From Candidatus Cloacimonadales bacterium (GTDB lineage Bacteria > Cloacimonadota > Cloacimonadia > Cloacimonadales > JAFGVF01): 64,000 nucleotides of DNA. Below the pieces are notes generated by a model. It had not been told where the DNA came from. It worked only from the letters and a program-made list of their open reading frames with translations, and searched no databases. The DNA lies in assembly GCA_963667035.1 (NCBI GenBank), contig OY762964.1, positions 2,592,001-2,656,000 of the forward strand, given 5' to 3'. Positions 8,501 through 16,767 of the stretch are shown here, piece by piece (within the stretch, counting starts at the first letter, position 1; each line of letters starts with the position of its first letter). The position numbers and the translations under genes are program-made.

Positions 8501-10999
8501 TTCTCTAATTATAGTTCTAGTCATGTTGCACATACCGGTTTAGCGATACCAAATAGTACTGCTCCAAATGATTTAATAGCATTCTTAGCTATGGACTCAG
8601 ATCCAGAAGATATCCCATCAACACTGACTTATGGTGCAGATGATGAAGGTAATTTCGTTTATACCGCTCTAATGTTTAATGATTTTAATGATCTCGCAGA
8701 GTACATAGATGTTCAGGTTATCCTTTATCAGAGTGGAAGAATTAAAATTCAATATCGTAACTATGTTAACACTAATGGAGATATAGATTCAAACTCCATT
8801 ATCGGAGATACTTGTATAGGAATTGAGAATGCTGACGGAACAATAGGACAACAATATAGAAACAATGGAGTTGGAGGTCCTATTATCGATGAAATGGCAT
8901 TATGTTATGCTATGACACCAGGAGACCTTTCTGACGGGAGCAACGGTTTATTGATGCCTTCCGAGATAGAATTTGATGTTGTAACTGTAGATGATGATTC
9001 TGATGCCTTCCAGTTTAGAATGCGTAACTTTACTGATAGTACTATAGTTATTGCTAATCAACCAAGTCTTTCAGGAGACAATTCCGATCAGTTCGAAATT
9101 ACTGATAACAATACTTATCCTTTAAGCATTGATGAAGGTTCTGAAGCTACATTTGACATAGTTTTCTCTCCTACATCCGTGGGACATAAAACTGCTACAT
9201 TAACTATAGTTGATGATTTTGTACCTGAAGAAGAAATTCGCAATACCTATGAAATTCCGCTTCATGGTTATGGATTTGTTCAAGATTCAAATGACTCGTC
9301 ATCACAAGCAGTTGAATTTGCTTTATACGATGCCAATGTTGAGGGATATGTTGGAATAATCCAGCCTGAAACGGATATTGATTGGTATGTATTCTGGCAA
9401 ACATCTCCTGCTGAGCTTAATATTCATACTGAACACGTTAACGATTCAACTGTGGATTTGGCTGCTTTCCTTTACGGACCATACGATGATGTTAATGAAA
9501 CGATTGATGAAACATCTTCAATAGCCTTCGATGATAATAGTTGGACAGATTCGATTAATCCACACATTGTGTATAATGTACCCAACAGCACTGATGCTTC
9601 AGGATTTTATTATCTTAGAATAGCCAGGAGTGAGTATTCGCCTGCTACTGATCAGATAATAAGTTCAGTAAATAAGAAAATTTCTAATAATCCTAGGAAG
9701 AAAACCTTAACTTCTACAATCAGTAAAAGCAAAGTAGCAGATGCTCAGATTGCAGAACAAATACCGGAACCAGATCAGCCAACAACCCGTTGGAATACTG
9801 GTGACTATACTCTATGGATTTCGACAGATAATCCTGTCGAGCCAACCGGATTCGATTCACCTACAAATCTAACTTATAATATTAATTACCAAGGTATAAA
9901 CTTAGTTTGGGGTGCTCCTGTTCCTGAAACAAGACAACTTGAAGGTTATAATGTTTATCGTGATGATACAGTAATTAATACTGAACCTGTTGTATCTTTA
10001 TTCTATCTTGACACCACACCAACAATTGATGTAACTTATGAATATAAGATAACTGCACTTTACTCAGCACCTGCAGGAGAATCAGAAGCATGTGACTCCG
10101 TAATGGTAACATTTATCGGAGTTGATCCACCAATCATTGCAGAAAGTTTCGAAACATATGAAGACTTTGCAACAGAAATGCAGTATTGGACAATGCTTGA
10201 TGTCGACGAAGAAGAAACAGTCAGCTTTACTAATGGGATTACCTTCCCGGGTGATAACGACCCAATGTCGTTTATAATATTCAATCCAAGCAGTACAACT
10301 CCTCCACTACAATTTGCTGATGCATATAGTGGAGATAAATATGCAGCTTGTTTCTCTAATTACTCAAATGCTAACAATGACTGGCTAATCACTCCTCAGA
10401 TTCAGTTAACGGAAGCTTCAGCATATCTTGACTTCAAAGCACGTTCATATACTACTCAATTTGGTCCTGAACTTCTTGTAGTTGCCATCTCGGATGGAGG
10501 AAACTCACCGGAAGATTTTACAATAATTTCAGGTGATAATCCTCTTGAAATTCCACTAAACTGGAATTCTTACCACTATAACCTTGATGATTACGCTAAC
10601 CAAGTTATAAGAGTTGCATTCAGATGTGTATCAGAACAGACATTCTTCCTTATGATTGATGATGTTCAAATCATGAACGACGGAGCTGAAGTTAGTGCTG
10701 ATAATCCTGTTGTTATCCCTGATAAAACAGCTTTATGCAGTAACTATCCGAATCCTTTCAACCCTGAAACTACAATTAGTTTTGACCTTAAGGAGAATTC
10801 TCCTGTTACAATAGATATCTTTAATATCAAAGGCCAGAGAATTGCCAGAGTTGCAGAAGGAGACTACGAAGCAGGAAGTCATAGTATCGTATGGAAAGGT
10901 ACAGACAGAAACGGTAAACAAGTATCCAGTGGTGTATACTTCTATAAAATGAAATCAGGATCTTACGTTAAATCCAAGAAGATGATTTTAATGAAGTAA
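5537..10999 (+). CDS. Large modular secreted/surface protein: PPC-like, FN3/SusE-like repeats, ASH/choice-of-anchor-D Ig, MAM-like, cleaved-adhesin (choice-of-anchor J) and FlgD-Ig/T9SS-type C-terminal domain
   Basis: Signal peptide; AGGAGG RBS; repeats GYKxYLGTDNPP..YYWQIxPYN..GDA.NCP.WSFTT; NNDWLITPQI; C-terminal NYPNPFNPETTISF...SSGVYFYKM...KKMILMK. Confidence 0.85.
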   Translation: MSKKLLAILLATLFIFSLLADGTNTSTGAPQITEFPYSDTGNLSDNTDENTARGRDEWWTLTTSIDLTNLDIHPVYSGWDGYLFIYDSNLTLLASNDDGPAGEDDSRVIMNLEAGETIYICVDEYEASTEDHPFTLNVSSDQTGLFYDPSAPESIQNFSPETASLDVELLPTLTWDFGANTETYDFYLDTVDPPVNQVVTNATAGTSGSYTPDINLDGTTTYYWKIVSKNTQSTITIDATGNFYTTISEGTIQIGDGTLVGQHVPIEPYFGYSYSQSIYLQSEIDVAGSRIERVSYQYNLYNNLPNCDEWIIYMAHTSENEFTSTSDWTPIEDFQVVYSGHLPPIGPDGWIVFDLTFPFMYNNVDNLIIAVEENQASFGSDNEEFFAEATTNSRSIVYYNDSTNPDPISPPTASNILSSIPNTRLEFAEITEPAHLSVSTNEIDFGYCFVDSSTDAITITIQNVGLGTLNIASAVLNDTTNFSLVDENTYPLSLGSSEDSSFNIAFAPTQSGDIEGEITITDDATRQTTTISLSGSGLGSSITNYPYVQTFTQDTVPIEWTINPEEDSWIVGDNNFGGYGATSEATGDGGNYIGVDDSTPDVSPAHLYSPDFDFTNVSNPVLNFKYWIGNGSSNNTSELHVDVIVEGNTTTDLVVLTDNDGATEWTTYEISLADYTNQIVKLDFRALETIDNFYGDICLDDITVYDNSVPPPPTTLVAPIDQETDVPMTGTLEWNSTQGATGYKVSIGTDNPPTNFVNGIDVEDALSYDYSGLAAGTVYYWQITPYNPIGDAVNCPAWSFTTFNDVPLATTLIAPTNAATAVSELPTLSWNPATNYPDGYKLYLGTDNPPTDVYNGMDLGFVTTYNITAPLQYETTYYWQIVPYNIVGDATNCPIWSFTTNPNQNSGGNGTLYGGYYYANSTAGGNGLGHQPRFEWVEISGTPTTLNGTNNSSGSYDDGYWTVPIGFTFNFFGNDYTQVSICSNGTLQFSNYSSSHVAHTGLAIPNSTAPNDLIAFLAMDSDPEDIPSTLTYGADDEGNFVYTALMFNDFNDLAEYIDVQVILYQSGRIKIQYRNYVNTNGDIDSNSIIGDTCIGIENADGTIGQQYRNNGVGGPIIDEMALCYAMTPGDLSDGSNGLLMPSEIEFDVVTVDDDSDAFQFRMRNFTDSTIVIANQPSLSGDNSDQFEITDNNTYPLSIDEGSEATFDIVFSPTSVGHKTATLTIVDDFVPEEEIRNTYEIPLHGYGFVQDSNDSSSQAVEFALYDANVEGYVGIIQPETDIDWYVFWQTSPAELNIHTEHVNDSTVDLAAFLYGPYDDVNETIDETSSIAFDDNSWTDSINPHIVYNVPNSTDASGFYYLRIARSEYSPATDQIISSVNKKISNNPRKKTLTSTISKSKVADAQIAEQIPEPDQPTTRWNTGDYTLWISTDNPVEPTGFDSPTNLTYNINYQGINLVWGAPVPETRQLEGYNVYRDDTVINTEPVVSLFYLDTTPTIDVTYEYKITALYSAPAGESEACDSVMVTFIGVDPPIIAESFETYEDFATEMQYWTMLDVDEEETVSFTNGITFPGDNDPMSFIIFNPSSTTPPLQFADAYSGDKYAACFSNYSNANNDWLITPQIQLTEASAYLDFKARSYTTQFGPELLVVAISDGGNSPEDFTIISGDNPLEIPLNWNSYHYNLDDYANQVIRVAFRCVSEQTFFLMIDDVQIMNDGAEVSADNPVVIPDKTALCSNYPNPFNPETTISFDLKENSPVTIDIFNIKGQRIARVAEGDYEAGSHSIVWKGTDRNGKQVSSGVYFYKMKSGSYVKSKKMILMK

Positions 11000-11021
11000 C
11001 TAGATAATAGATCCATTCTAG

Positions 11022-11050
11022 AAACCTCCTCGATATCGAGGAGGTTTTTT
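11022..11050 (+). terminator. Rho-independent terminator
   Basis: AAACCTCCTCGAT-ATCGAGGAGGTTT palindrome followed by a T run. Confidence 0.85.
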
Positions 11051-11071
11051 CTATCATAACAAAACAAATTG

Positions 11072-11100
11072 TTGGCAATTTCCTATAATATCACTATAAT
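11072..11100 (+). promoter_or_regulatory. Sigma70 promoter for the DUF1801-VOC operon
   Basis: TTGGCA-N17-TATAAT, then AGGAGG RBS. Confidence 0.65.
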
Positions 11101-11123
11101 ATTCCCACCATAGGAGGAAACAA

Positions 11124-11534
11124 ATGGCTGAAATTAAAACTAGAGCTAATGATAATAATGTTATTGATTTCATAGAATCAGTAGAATCGGAACAAAAGAA
11201 AAAAGATTCATATAGATTGCTTGAAATCATGAAAAAGCTTAGTGGTGTTGAGCCAAAGATGTGGGGAAAAAGTATTATAGGTTTTGGTGACATACATCTC
11301 AAATACGAAAGTGGAAGAGAAGTTGACTGGTTTAAGGTTGGTTTCTCTCCCAGGAAAAATGCAATCTCCTTCTATTCCTTACAATATTACGACGAGCAAT
11401 CAGATTTACTAAAGAGGCTTGGAAAGCATAAGCATGGTAAATCTTGTATATATATTAATAAATTTTCAGACATCAATGAAGATGTCCTAGAAGAGTTAAT
11501 TAACAACAGTTTAGCTTTTAAGGGAAGTTTATGA
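11124..11534 (+). CDS. DUF1801 (YdhG-like) protein
   Basis: PKMWGKSIIGFG..H.KYESGRE.DWF.VGFSPRK, LGKHKHGKSCIYI. Confidence 0.85.
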   Translation: MAEIKTRANDNNVIDFIESVESEQKKKDSYRLLEIMKKLSGVEPKMWGKSIIGFGDIHLKYESGREVDWFKVGFSPRKNAISFYSLQYYDEQSDLLKRLGKHKHGKSCIYINKFSDINEDVLEELINNSLAFKGSL

Positions 11535-11932
11535 AAAACCTTTTCCCTTATCTAATGTTTAATGGAAACGCAGAAGAAGCTATGAATTTCTATAAGGACT
11601 GTTTCAATGGTAAAATCCTTGGAATCGAGCGTTACCAAAATTCTCCGGTAGATGTACCGGAAGAATTCAAGCAAAAGGTAATGCACATGACTTTGGAGTT
11701 ACAAAACGGAACAATTATGGCTTCTGATTCTTATGATAAAGTCGAAGCAACAAGTACAAAGATACAGTTCTGTGTTAATTTCGAGAATCTGGCAGAAATG
11801 AAAGATGCTTATGATAAAATGCTTATCAAAGGCAAACAGACCATGAGAATAGAGCCTCAATTCTGGGGCGACTACATGGGAGCAATAAGAGATAATTTTG
11901 GGATTAACTGGATGTTTATTTGTCCTCAATAA
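11531..11932 (+). CDS. VOC/glyoxalase family protein (PhnB-like)
   Basis: PYLMFNGNAEEAMNFYK, VMHMTL, QFWGDYMG.IRDNFGINWM. Confidence 0.85.
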   Translation: MKNLFPYLMFNGNAEEAMNFYKDCFNGKILGIERYQNSPVDVPEEFKQKVMHMTLELQNGTIMASDSYDKVEATSTKIQFCVNFENLAEMKDAYDKMLIKGKQTMRIEPQFWGDYMGAIRDNFGINWMFICPQ

Positions 11933-11961
11933 CGTAAATACAATCCTCTTGCCATATAGCA

Positions 11962-11991
11962 AAAGAGACGCTTCAACAAAAGCGTCTCTTT
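11962..11991. terminator. Bidirectional terminator between convergent genes
   Basis: AAAGAGACGCTT-caacaa-AAGCGTCTCTTT. Confidence 0.75.
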
Positions 11992-12002
11992 CTATTTATC
12001 TA

Positions 12003-12521
12003 TTACATTTTAAATACTATTCCCAGTATGCCGCCGGATATTATCAGCCATATTGGATTTATCTTGGTTTTCAGCATCACAACTAATGCTATTAAAAATA
12101 AAACAATTGATACCAAATTAACAAGAGATGACCTAGCGAGTATTAAGGCGGCAGCTCCTATTAATCCTACTGTAGTTGGTCTTAGCACACTAAAGATCGT
12201 CTTTATAACTCCGGCTTCAGCAAACTTCATCCAAAGCATTGCTACAATTGAGATAAATATAAAAGGAGGAAGTATCATTCCGGTGGAAGCAGCTAATGCT
12301 CCTGTTATACCTCCCATTTTATAACCAACAAAAGTACAGGCATTAATTGCTATTGGGCCCGGAGTCATCTGAGATAATGATACCATATCGATGAATTCGG
12401 GTTGGGTCATCCAACCCTTACCAACAACTTCTGATTTGATAAGAGGAAGCATGGCGTATCCACCGCCAAAACTGAACATACCTATTTTTAAGGAAGTAAG
12501 AAAGAGTTGCCAATATATCAT
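12003..12521 (-). CDS. chrA: Short-chain chromate transporter (ChrA family), second subunit
   Basis: FSFGGGYAMLPLI, SQMTPGPIAIN; hydrophobic. Confidence 0.9.
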   Translation of the reverse strand: MIYWQLFLTSLKIGMFSFGGGYAMLPLIKSEVVGKGWMTQPEFIDMVSLSQMTPGPIAINACTFVGYKMGGITGALAASTGMILPPFIFISIVAMLWMKFAEAGVIKTIFSVLRPTTVGLIGAAALILARSSLVNLVSIVLFLIALVVMLKTKINPIWLIISGGILGIVFKM

Positions 12522-13051
12522 TTACGACCTCTAAATAGTTGTAAGGAAACCCCAAAAACAATTGCTCCTAGAATTACGTATATGGGTGATACTTGTAAGA
12601 AAGAAACAAGTATGAAAGAGACAGCTCCGAAAGCCAATCCATATAGTTTTTGCTTTTTTGCCATTTTGATAACAGCAGACACAATTAATGCAGTTACAAT
12701 AGGTCTAATACCTACGAAGGCATGAGCCAGAACTTCGGTTCCATATACTATTTTGAAGAGCGAAGCAATGGCCGTCATTATTATTATAGAAGGAAGTATT
12801 GCTCCTAAGGTTGTAACAATAGAACCGGGAAACTTCTTCAATCGGTAACCGGTAAGAACAGCTATATTAACAGCTATGGGACCGGGAGCGGATTGAGCTA
12901 GTGCCGTGCTATTTAAAAAATCATCTTCTGAAAGCCAATTATGCTTATCAACAACTTCATGCTGAATTAGAGGGAGCATAGCATAGCCACCACCAATAGT
13001 AAATGCTCCAATTCTAAAAAACGTAATAAAGAGATTTGCGTATATATTCAT
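12518..13051 (-). CDS. chrA: Short-chain chromate transporter (ChrA family), first subunit
   Basis: FTIGGGYAMLPLI, AQSAPGPIAVN; 4-bp overlap with its partner. Confidence 0.9.
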   Translation of the reverse strand: MNIYANLFITFFRIGAFTIGGGYAMLPLIQHEVVDKHNWLSEDDFLNSTALAQSAPGPIAVNIAVLTGYRLKKFPGSIVTTLGAILPSIIIMTAIASLFKIVYGTEVLAHAFVGIRPIVTALIVSAVIKMAKKQKLYGLAFGAVSFILVSFLQVSPIYVILGAIVFGVSLQLFRGRK

Positions 13052-13054
13052 ATA

Positions 13055-14101
13055 TTATCGAATTATCCCTCCCCCAATCAAAACCTCATCTCTATAGAAT
13101 ACTGCTGATTGACCGGGAGTAACTGCTTTCTTTGGTTCTGTTATACATACTTCAGTTACAGTGCCTTTATCAGATAATGAAGAAACTCCTACAGGTGAAC
13201 TGTTATAGCGAATCTGTACTTTTAAATCGGATAAATCCTCAGGCATATTCCCAAACCAGTTTGTATCTGTTATATAAAACTTATCTTCCAATAAATCATC
13301 CGGATTATCAGTAACAATCACACGATTTTTTCTTACATCAAGTTTCAGGACAAAGAGCGGAGCAGACCATGGAGTATTTAAACCTTTACGTTGTCCAATA
13401 GTATAAAGTGGCAAGCCGTTGTGTTGTCCAATAACTTGTCCGTTAGGGAGAACGATATCACCGGATTTCATATCGATTGCTTTAACAATAAAGTCCTGAT
13501 ATTTTCTCGGTATAAAACAAATCTCCTGACTGTCCTTCTTCGATGCTACAGGTATTCCTGTTTCAATAGCTATCCTTCTAATCTCGTTCTTAGTCATACA
13601 TCCTACGGGAAACAATGTTCTTGCCAACTGTTCTTGTGAGAGTCTCCAAAGCATGTAAGTCTGATCTTTACCTTTATCAATACCCTCTTTCAGATACAAA
13701 ACACCTTCATTATCTATTATTCTAGCGTAGTGACCGGTTGCAATTTTCTCAACTCCAAATTCATCTATGGCATCAAGGAAAGCTCCCCACTTAATAGTCG
13801 GGTTACAAAGTGTGCATGGATTGGGAGTTCTACCGTTTTTGTATTCATCCACAAACTGTTTAATAACAATCTCATCAAACACATCTTTTAAATCAATCAC
13901 ATGATGTTCTATCCCGAGAAAATCTGCAACTATCCTAGCATCTCGGATGGCTTGTTCTATTCCACTATTCTCATCATACTCAAATCTTTGATCATCAAAT
14001 TGCCTCATAGTAAAACCGACAATTTCATGTCCGCTGTTCAGTAGCAATTTAGCTGCGACTGAGCTATCAACACCACCACTCATTGCAACTGCTATTCTCA
14101 T
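13055..14101 (-). CDS. mnmA: tRNA 2-thiouridylase MnmA
   Basis: AMSGGVDSSVAA, GRTPNPC..CN, ATGHYAR, KDQTY, DSQEICF, YTIGQRKG, TPGQSAVFY. Confidence 0.97.
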   Translation of the reverse strand: MRIAVAMSGGVDSSVAAKLLLNSGHEIVGFTMRQFDDQRFEYDENSGIEQAIRDARIVADFLGIEHHVIDLKDVFDEIVIKQFVDEYKNGRTPNPCTLCNPTIKWGAFLDAIDEFGVEKIATGHYARIIDNEGVLYLKEGIDKGKDQTYMLWRLSQEQLARTLFPVGCMTKNEIRRIAIETGIPVASKKDSQEICFIPRKYQDFIVKAIDMKSGDIVLPNGQVIGQHNGLPLYTIGQRKGLNTPWSAPLFVLKLDVRKNRVIVTDNPDDLLEDKFYITDTNWFGNMPEDLSDLKVQIRYNSSPVGVSSLSDKGTVTEVCITEPKKAVTPGQSAVFYRDEVLIGGGIIR

Positions 14102-14134
14102 AATAAATCCTAATCAATCCTGTTTGTAATACGG

Positions 14135-15388
14135 CTATGAAGAGATTCTCTCAATATCTGCTCCAATAGCCTTTAGTTTAGTCTCAATGTGATCATATCC
14201 TCTATCAATATGATAAATACGTGCTATTTCTGTTTCGCCTTCAGCAGCAAGTCCTGCTAAAACTAAAGCAGCACTTGCTCTAAGGTCTGTAGCCATAACA
14301 GGAGCTCCGCTTAGATTCTTAACTCCGTTAATCAGTGCTACTTTGTTTTGTATTCTAATATCTGCTTGTAATCGGTTTAATTCTGCTACGTGCATAAATC
14401 TATCGGGGAAAACCCTATCTTCTACGGAACAAGAACCTTTTGCAAGGCACATATAAGCTAGGAATTGTGCTTGTAAATCAGTTGGGAAAGCAGGATAAGG
14501 ATTAGCTATCAAATTAACGGGTTTAACAACCTCTGCAGGTATTAAGGTTATATTGTTACCATTGATCTCAAATTTGCAACCGGCTTTCTTCATTTTATCA
14601 ATAAGGCTTTGAATATAACTGACAATACAATTCTCAACTGTTATCTTACTTTTGGTAATAGCTCCGGCAAGAAGGAATGTTCCTGCTTCAATCCTATCCG
14701 GTATCATGTCAGCTCCGACCGGAAATAGTTCCTTTACACCTTCAATAACCAAATGAGTGGTTCCAATTCCTGAAATTCTTCCTCCCATTTTGTTAAGGAA
14801 GTCTGCGGTTGCTACAACTTCCGGTTCAGCAGCAGCATTATATATATTTGTAGTACCTTCTGCTTTAACAGCAGCCATCATTGCATTGATTGTAGCTCCA
14901 ACACTGACTTTTTCAAAACTAATGTCTGCACCTACAAGTTTATCAGCTTTAGCATATATGTATCCGTGCTTTATTTCTATTGTTGCACCTAACTGTTCCA
15001 TTGCCATTAAATGTAAATCAACAGGTCTGGTTCCTATTGCACAACCTCCGGGAAAGGAGACTTTTGCTTCTCCTAATCTTGCTAAAAGGGGACCAAGTAC
15101 CCAAACAGAAGCTCTCATTTTACTAACCAATTCGTAAGGAGCTTCAGGATAGCACACATCCTTTGCGTCTATTTTCAAGGTTTCGTCATTATACTCTACT
15201 CTAGCTCCAATTACTCTGAGTAAATGAGCCATAGATTTTATATCATTCAATTTAGGAACATTTGTTAAAACAGATCGACCCTCAGCTAATAGAGTTGCTG
15301 CCATTATAGGTAAAACTGCATTTTTAGCACCGCTTACTTTAATTGTTCCATTAAGTTTTTTCCCACCCCTGATGATAAACTTATCCAT
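14135..15388 (-). CDS. murA: UDP-N-acetylglucosamine 1-carboxyvinyltransferase
   Basis: SGAKNAVLP, MRAS, PGGCAIGTRPVDLH, PDRIEAGT, FPTDLQAQ, TDLRASA, HIDRGY. Start moved to ATG 15388. Confidence 0.97.
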   Translation of the reverse strand: MDKFIIRGGKKLNGTIKVSGAKNAVLPIMAATLLAEGRSVLTNVPKLNDIKSMAHLLRVIGARVEYNDETLKIDAKDVCYPEAPYELVSKMRASVWVLGPLLARLGEAKVSFPGGCAIGTRPVDLHLMAMEQLGATIEIKHGYIYAKADKLVGADISFEKVSVGATINAMMAAVKAEGTTNIYNAAAEPEVVATADFLNKMGGRISGIGTTHLVIEGVKELFPVGADMIPDRIEAGTFLLAGAITKSKITVENCIVSYIQSLIDKMKKAGCKFEINGNNITLIPAEVVKPVNLIANPYPAFPTDLQAQFLAYMCLAKGSCSVEDRVFPDRFMHVAELNRLQADIRIQNKVALINGVKNLSGAPVMATDLRASAALVLAGLAAEGETEIARIYHIDRGYDHIETKLKAIGADIERISS

Positions 15389-15398
15389 TATACATCCT

Positions 15399-16262
15399 TT
15401 ATAGCAATTTAAATAAATCAAAATCTTCATCTACATGATTGATTCTAATATATCTATCCTTATCACATAAATCCTGAAAAATGTCAATATCTGTAAATCC
15501 ATTCTTTTCGGCAAGCTTCACAATGTCCAATGCTTGTTCTTCTCCAATCTCAAAGTAAATCACTCCTGAATCCGAGAGGTAATCTCGTGATTTTTCAATA
15601 ATCCTGTCATAGAATAACAATCCGCTTTCTTCTGCCAATAAAGCATTTTCAGGTTCATAATCCCTTACTTCCATAGGTAATTCGTCATAATCGGATTTCT
15701 TAATATAAGGAGGATTAGAAACTATAAGATCAAATCCGGACTCATCAATTGGAAAAAGGTCTGCAACACAAAAAGTGATTTCAACATGATTAATCTCGGC
15801 ATTCTTTTTAGCAATATTAATGGCTTCTTTCGAAATATCGGTTGCGTAAACACTAGCTCCAGGATACAATTTCTTAAGTGAAATTGCAATAGCTCCGGAA
15901 CCTGTTCCAATATCCAATATCTTTCCGGGTTGCAAGGAATCATTCTTAATATAATCAACGAGTAATTCTGTTTCCGGTCTTGGTATCAAAACTTCAGGTG
16001 TTACAATGATATGATAATCAAGAAACTCTGTGTAACCGATTATGTATTGAATAGGTTCATGTTTCGCTCGACGTTCTATATACTCAAAGAATAACTTCTC
16101 TTTATCGGGAAAGATTGGGTCAAAACAATGAGAGTGCAATTCCAGTCGTTTAATACCGACAACATGCTCAAGTAATAATTCCGCTTCAAGAAACGGGTTA
16201 TCGGTTTTGGCCTCTTCAAGTTTACTAATACCAATATTCAGTGTTTCAATAATATTTTGCAT
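15399..16262 (-). CDS. prmC: Release factor glutamine methyltransferase PrmC/HemK
   Basis: EPIQYIIG, VLIPRPETE, LDIGTGSGAIA, VSNPPYI. Confidence 0.95.
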   Translation of the reverse strand: MQNIIETLNIGISKLEEAKTDNPFLEAELLLEHVVGIKRLELHSHCFDPIFPDKEKLFFEYIERRAKHEPIQYIIGYTEFLDYHIIVTPEVLIPRPETELLVDYIKNDSLQPGKILDIGTGSGAIAISLKKLYPGASVYATDISKEAINIAKKNAEINHVEITFCVADLFPIDESGFDLIVSNPPYIKKSDYDELPMEVRDYEPENALLAEESGLLFYDRIIEKSRDYLSDSGVIYFEIGEEQALDIVKLAEKNGFTDIDIFQDLCDKDRYIRINHVDEDFDLFKLL

Positions 16263-16452
16263 AAGAAATCAGAATCAAAATCCTATATTATTGGCAAGAG
16301 TTTTTATATGTTTTAATTGCAAAAGAATTGTCTCCCCCCTATTTCTATCCAATATTGTAAACACAAAATTTAGTTTCGTTTTCCCATTCTCAATACAGGA
16401 TACTTTTAAGGGTTACCTCCCAATATTTAGGACGATGTAAGGGCGATGTAAT

Positions 16453-16654
16453 CACTCCTTTTGCTCGTCCACCAACCACAGGTTTCTCTCGGGTTAGTCG
16501 CCCGTTGGTCTCCCGTTGCTCTCCCGTTGCTCGCAACGAGATAGAAACCGGAGAAAAATGGGAGAAAAATTCCCGACAAATCGGTAATTGGAAGTATTCC
16601 AGAAGGGCAATAAAAAGAAGAAATTATTGATAAGATTATAGATGGGAGTAAAAA
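16453..16654 (+). repeat. Dispersed 11-bp-phased palindromic element, copy A
   Basis: ttagtcgcccg|ttggtctcccg|ttgctctcccg|ttgctcgcaac|gagatagaaac|cggagaaaaat|gggagaaaaat. Homologous to 41560-41751 (inverted) and 60195-60346. Confidence 0.85.
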
Positions 16655-16710
16655 CAGATTTTAGGAAGATGTGTTTGAATCATATTCGAGATTATGTTAA
16701 TGATATAAGA

Positions 16711-16738
16711 AAGCCTGCTGAAATTAATCAACAGGCTT
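16711..16738 (-). terminator. Terminator downstream of the BNR/LTD protein gene
   Basis: AAGCCTGCTGA-aattaa-TCAACAGGCTT hairpin with adjacent A/T runs. Confidence 0.65.
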
Positions 16739-16767
16739 ATTTTTATGTATGCGATTTATTGTGCGAA

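Noticed and set aside
16490..16580. Short repeats as a CRISPR array or iterons
   Set aside because: Units are 11 bp, contiguous, degenerate and inverted around a centre. There are no unique spacers and no cas or rep gene in the window.
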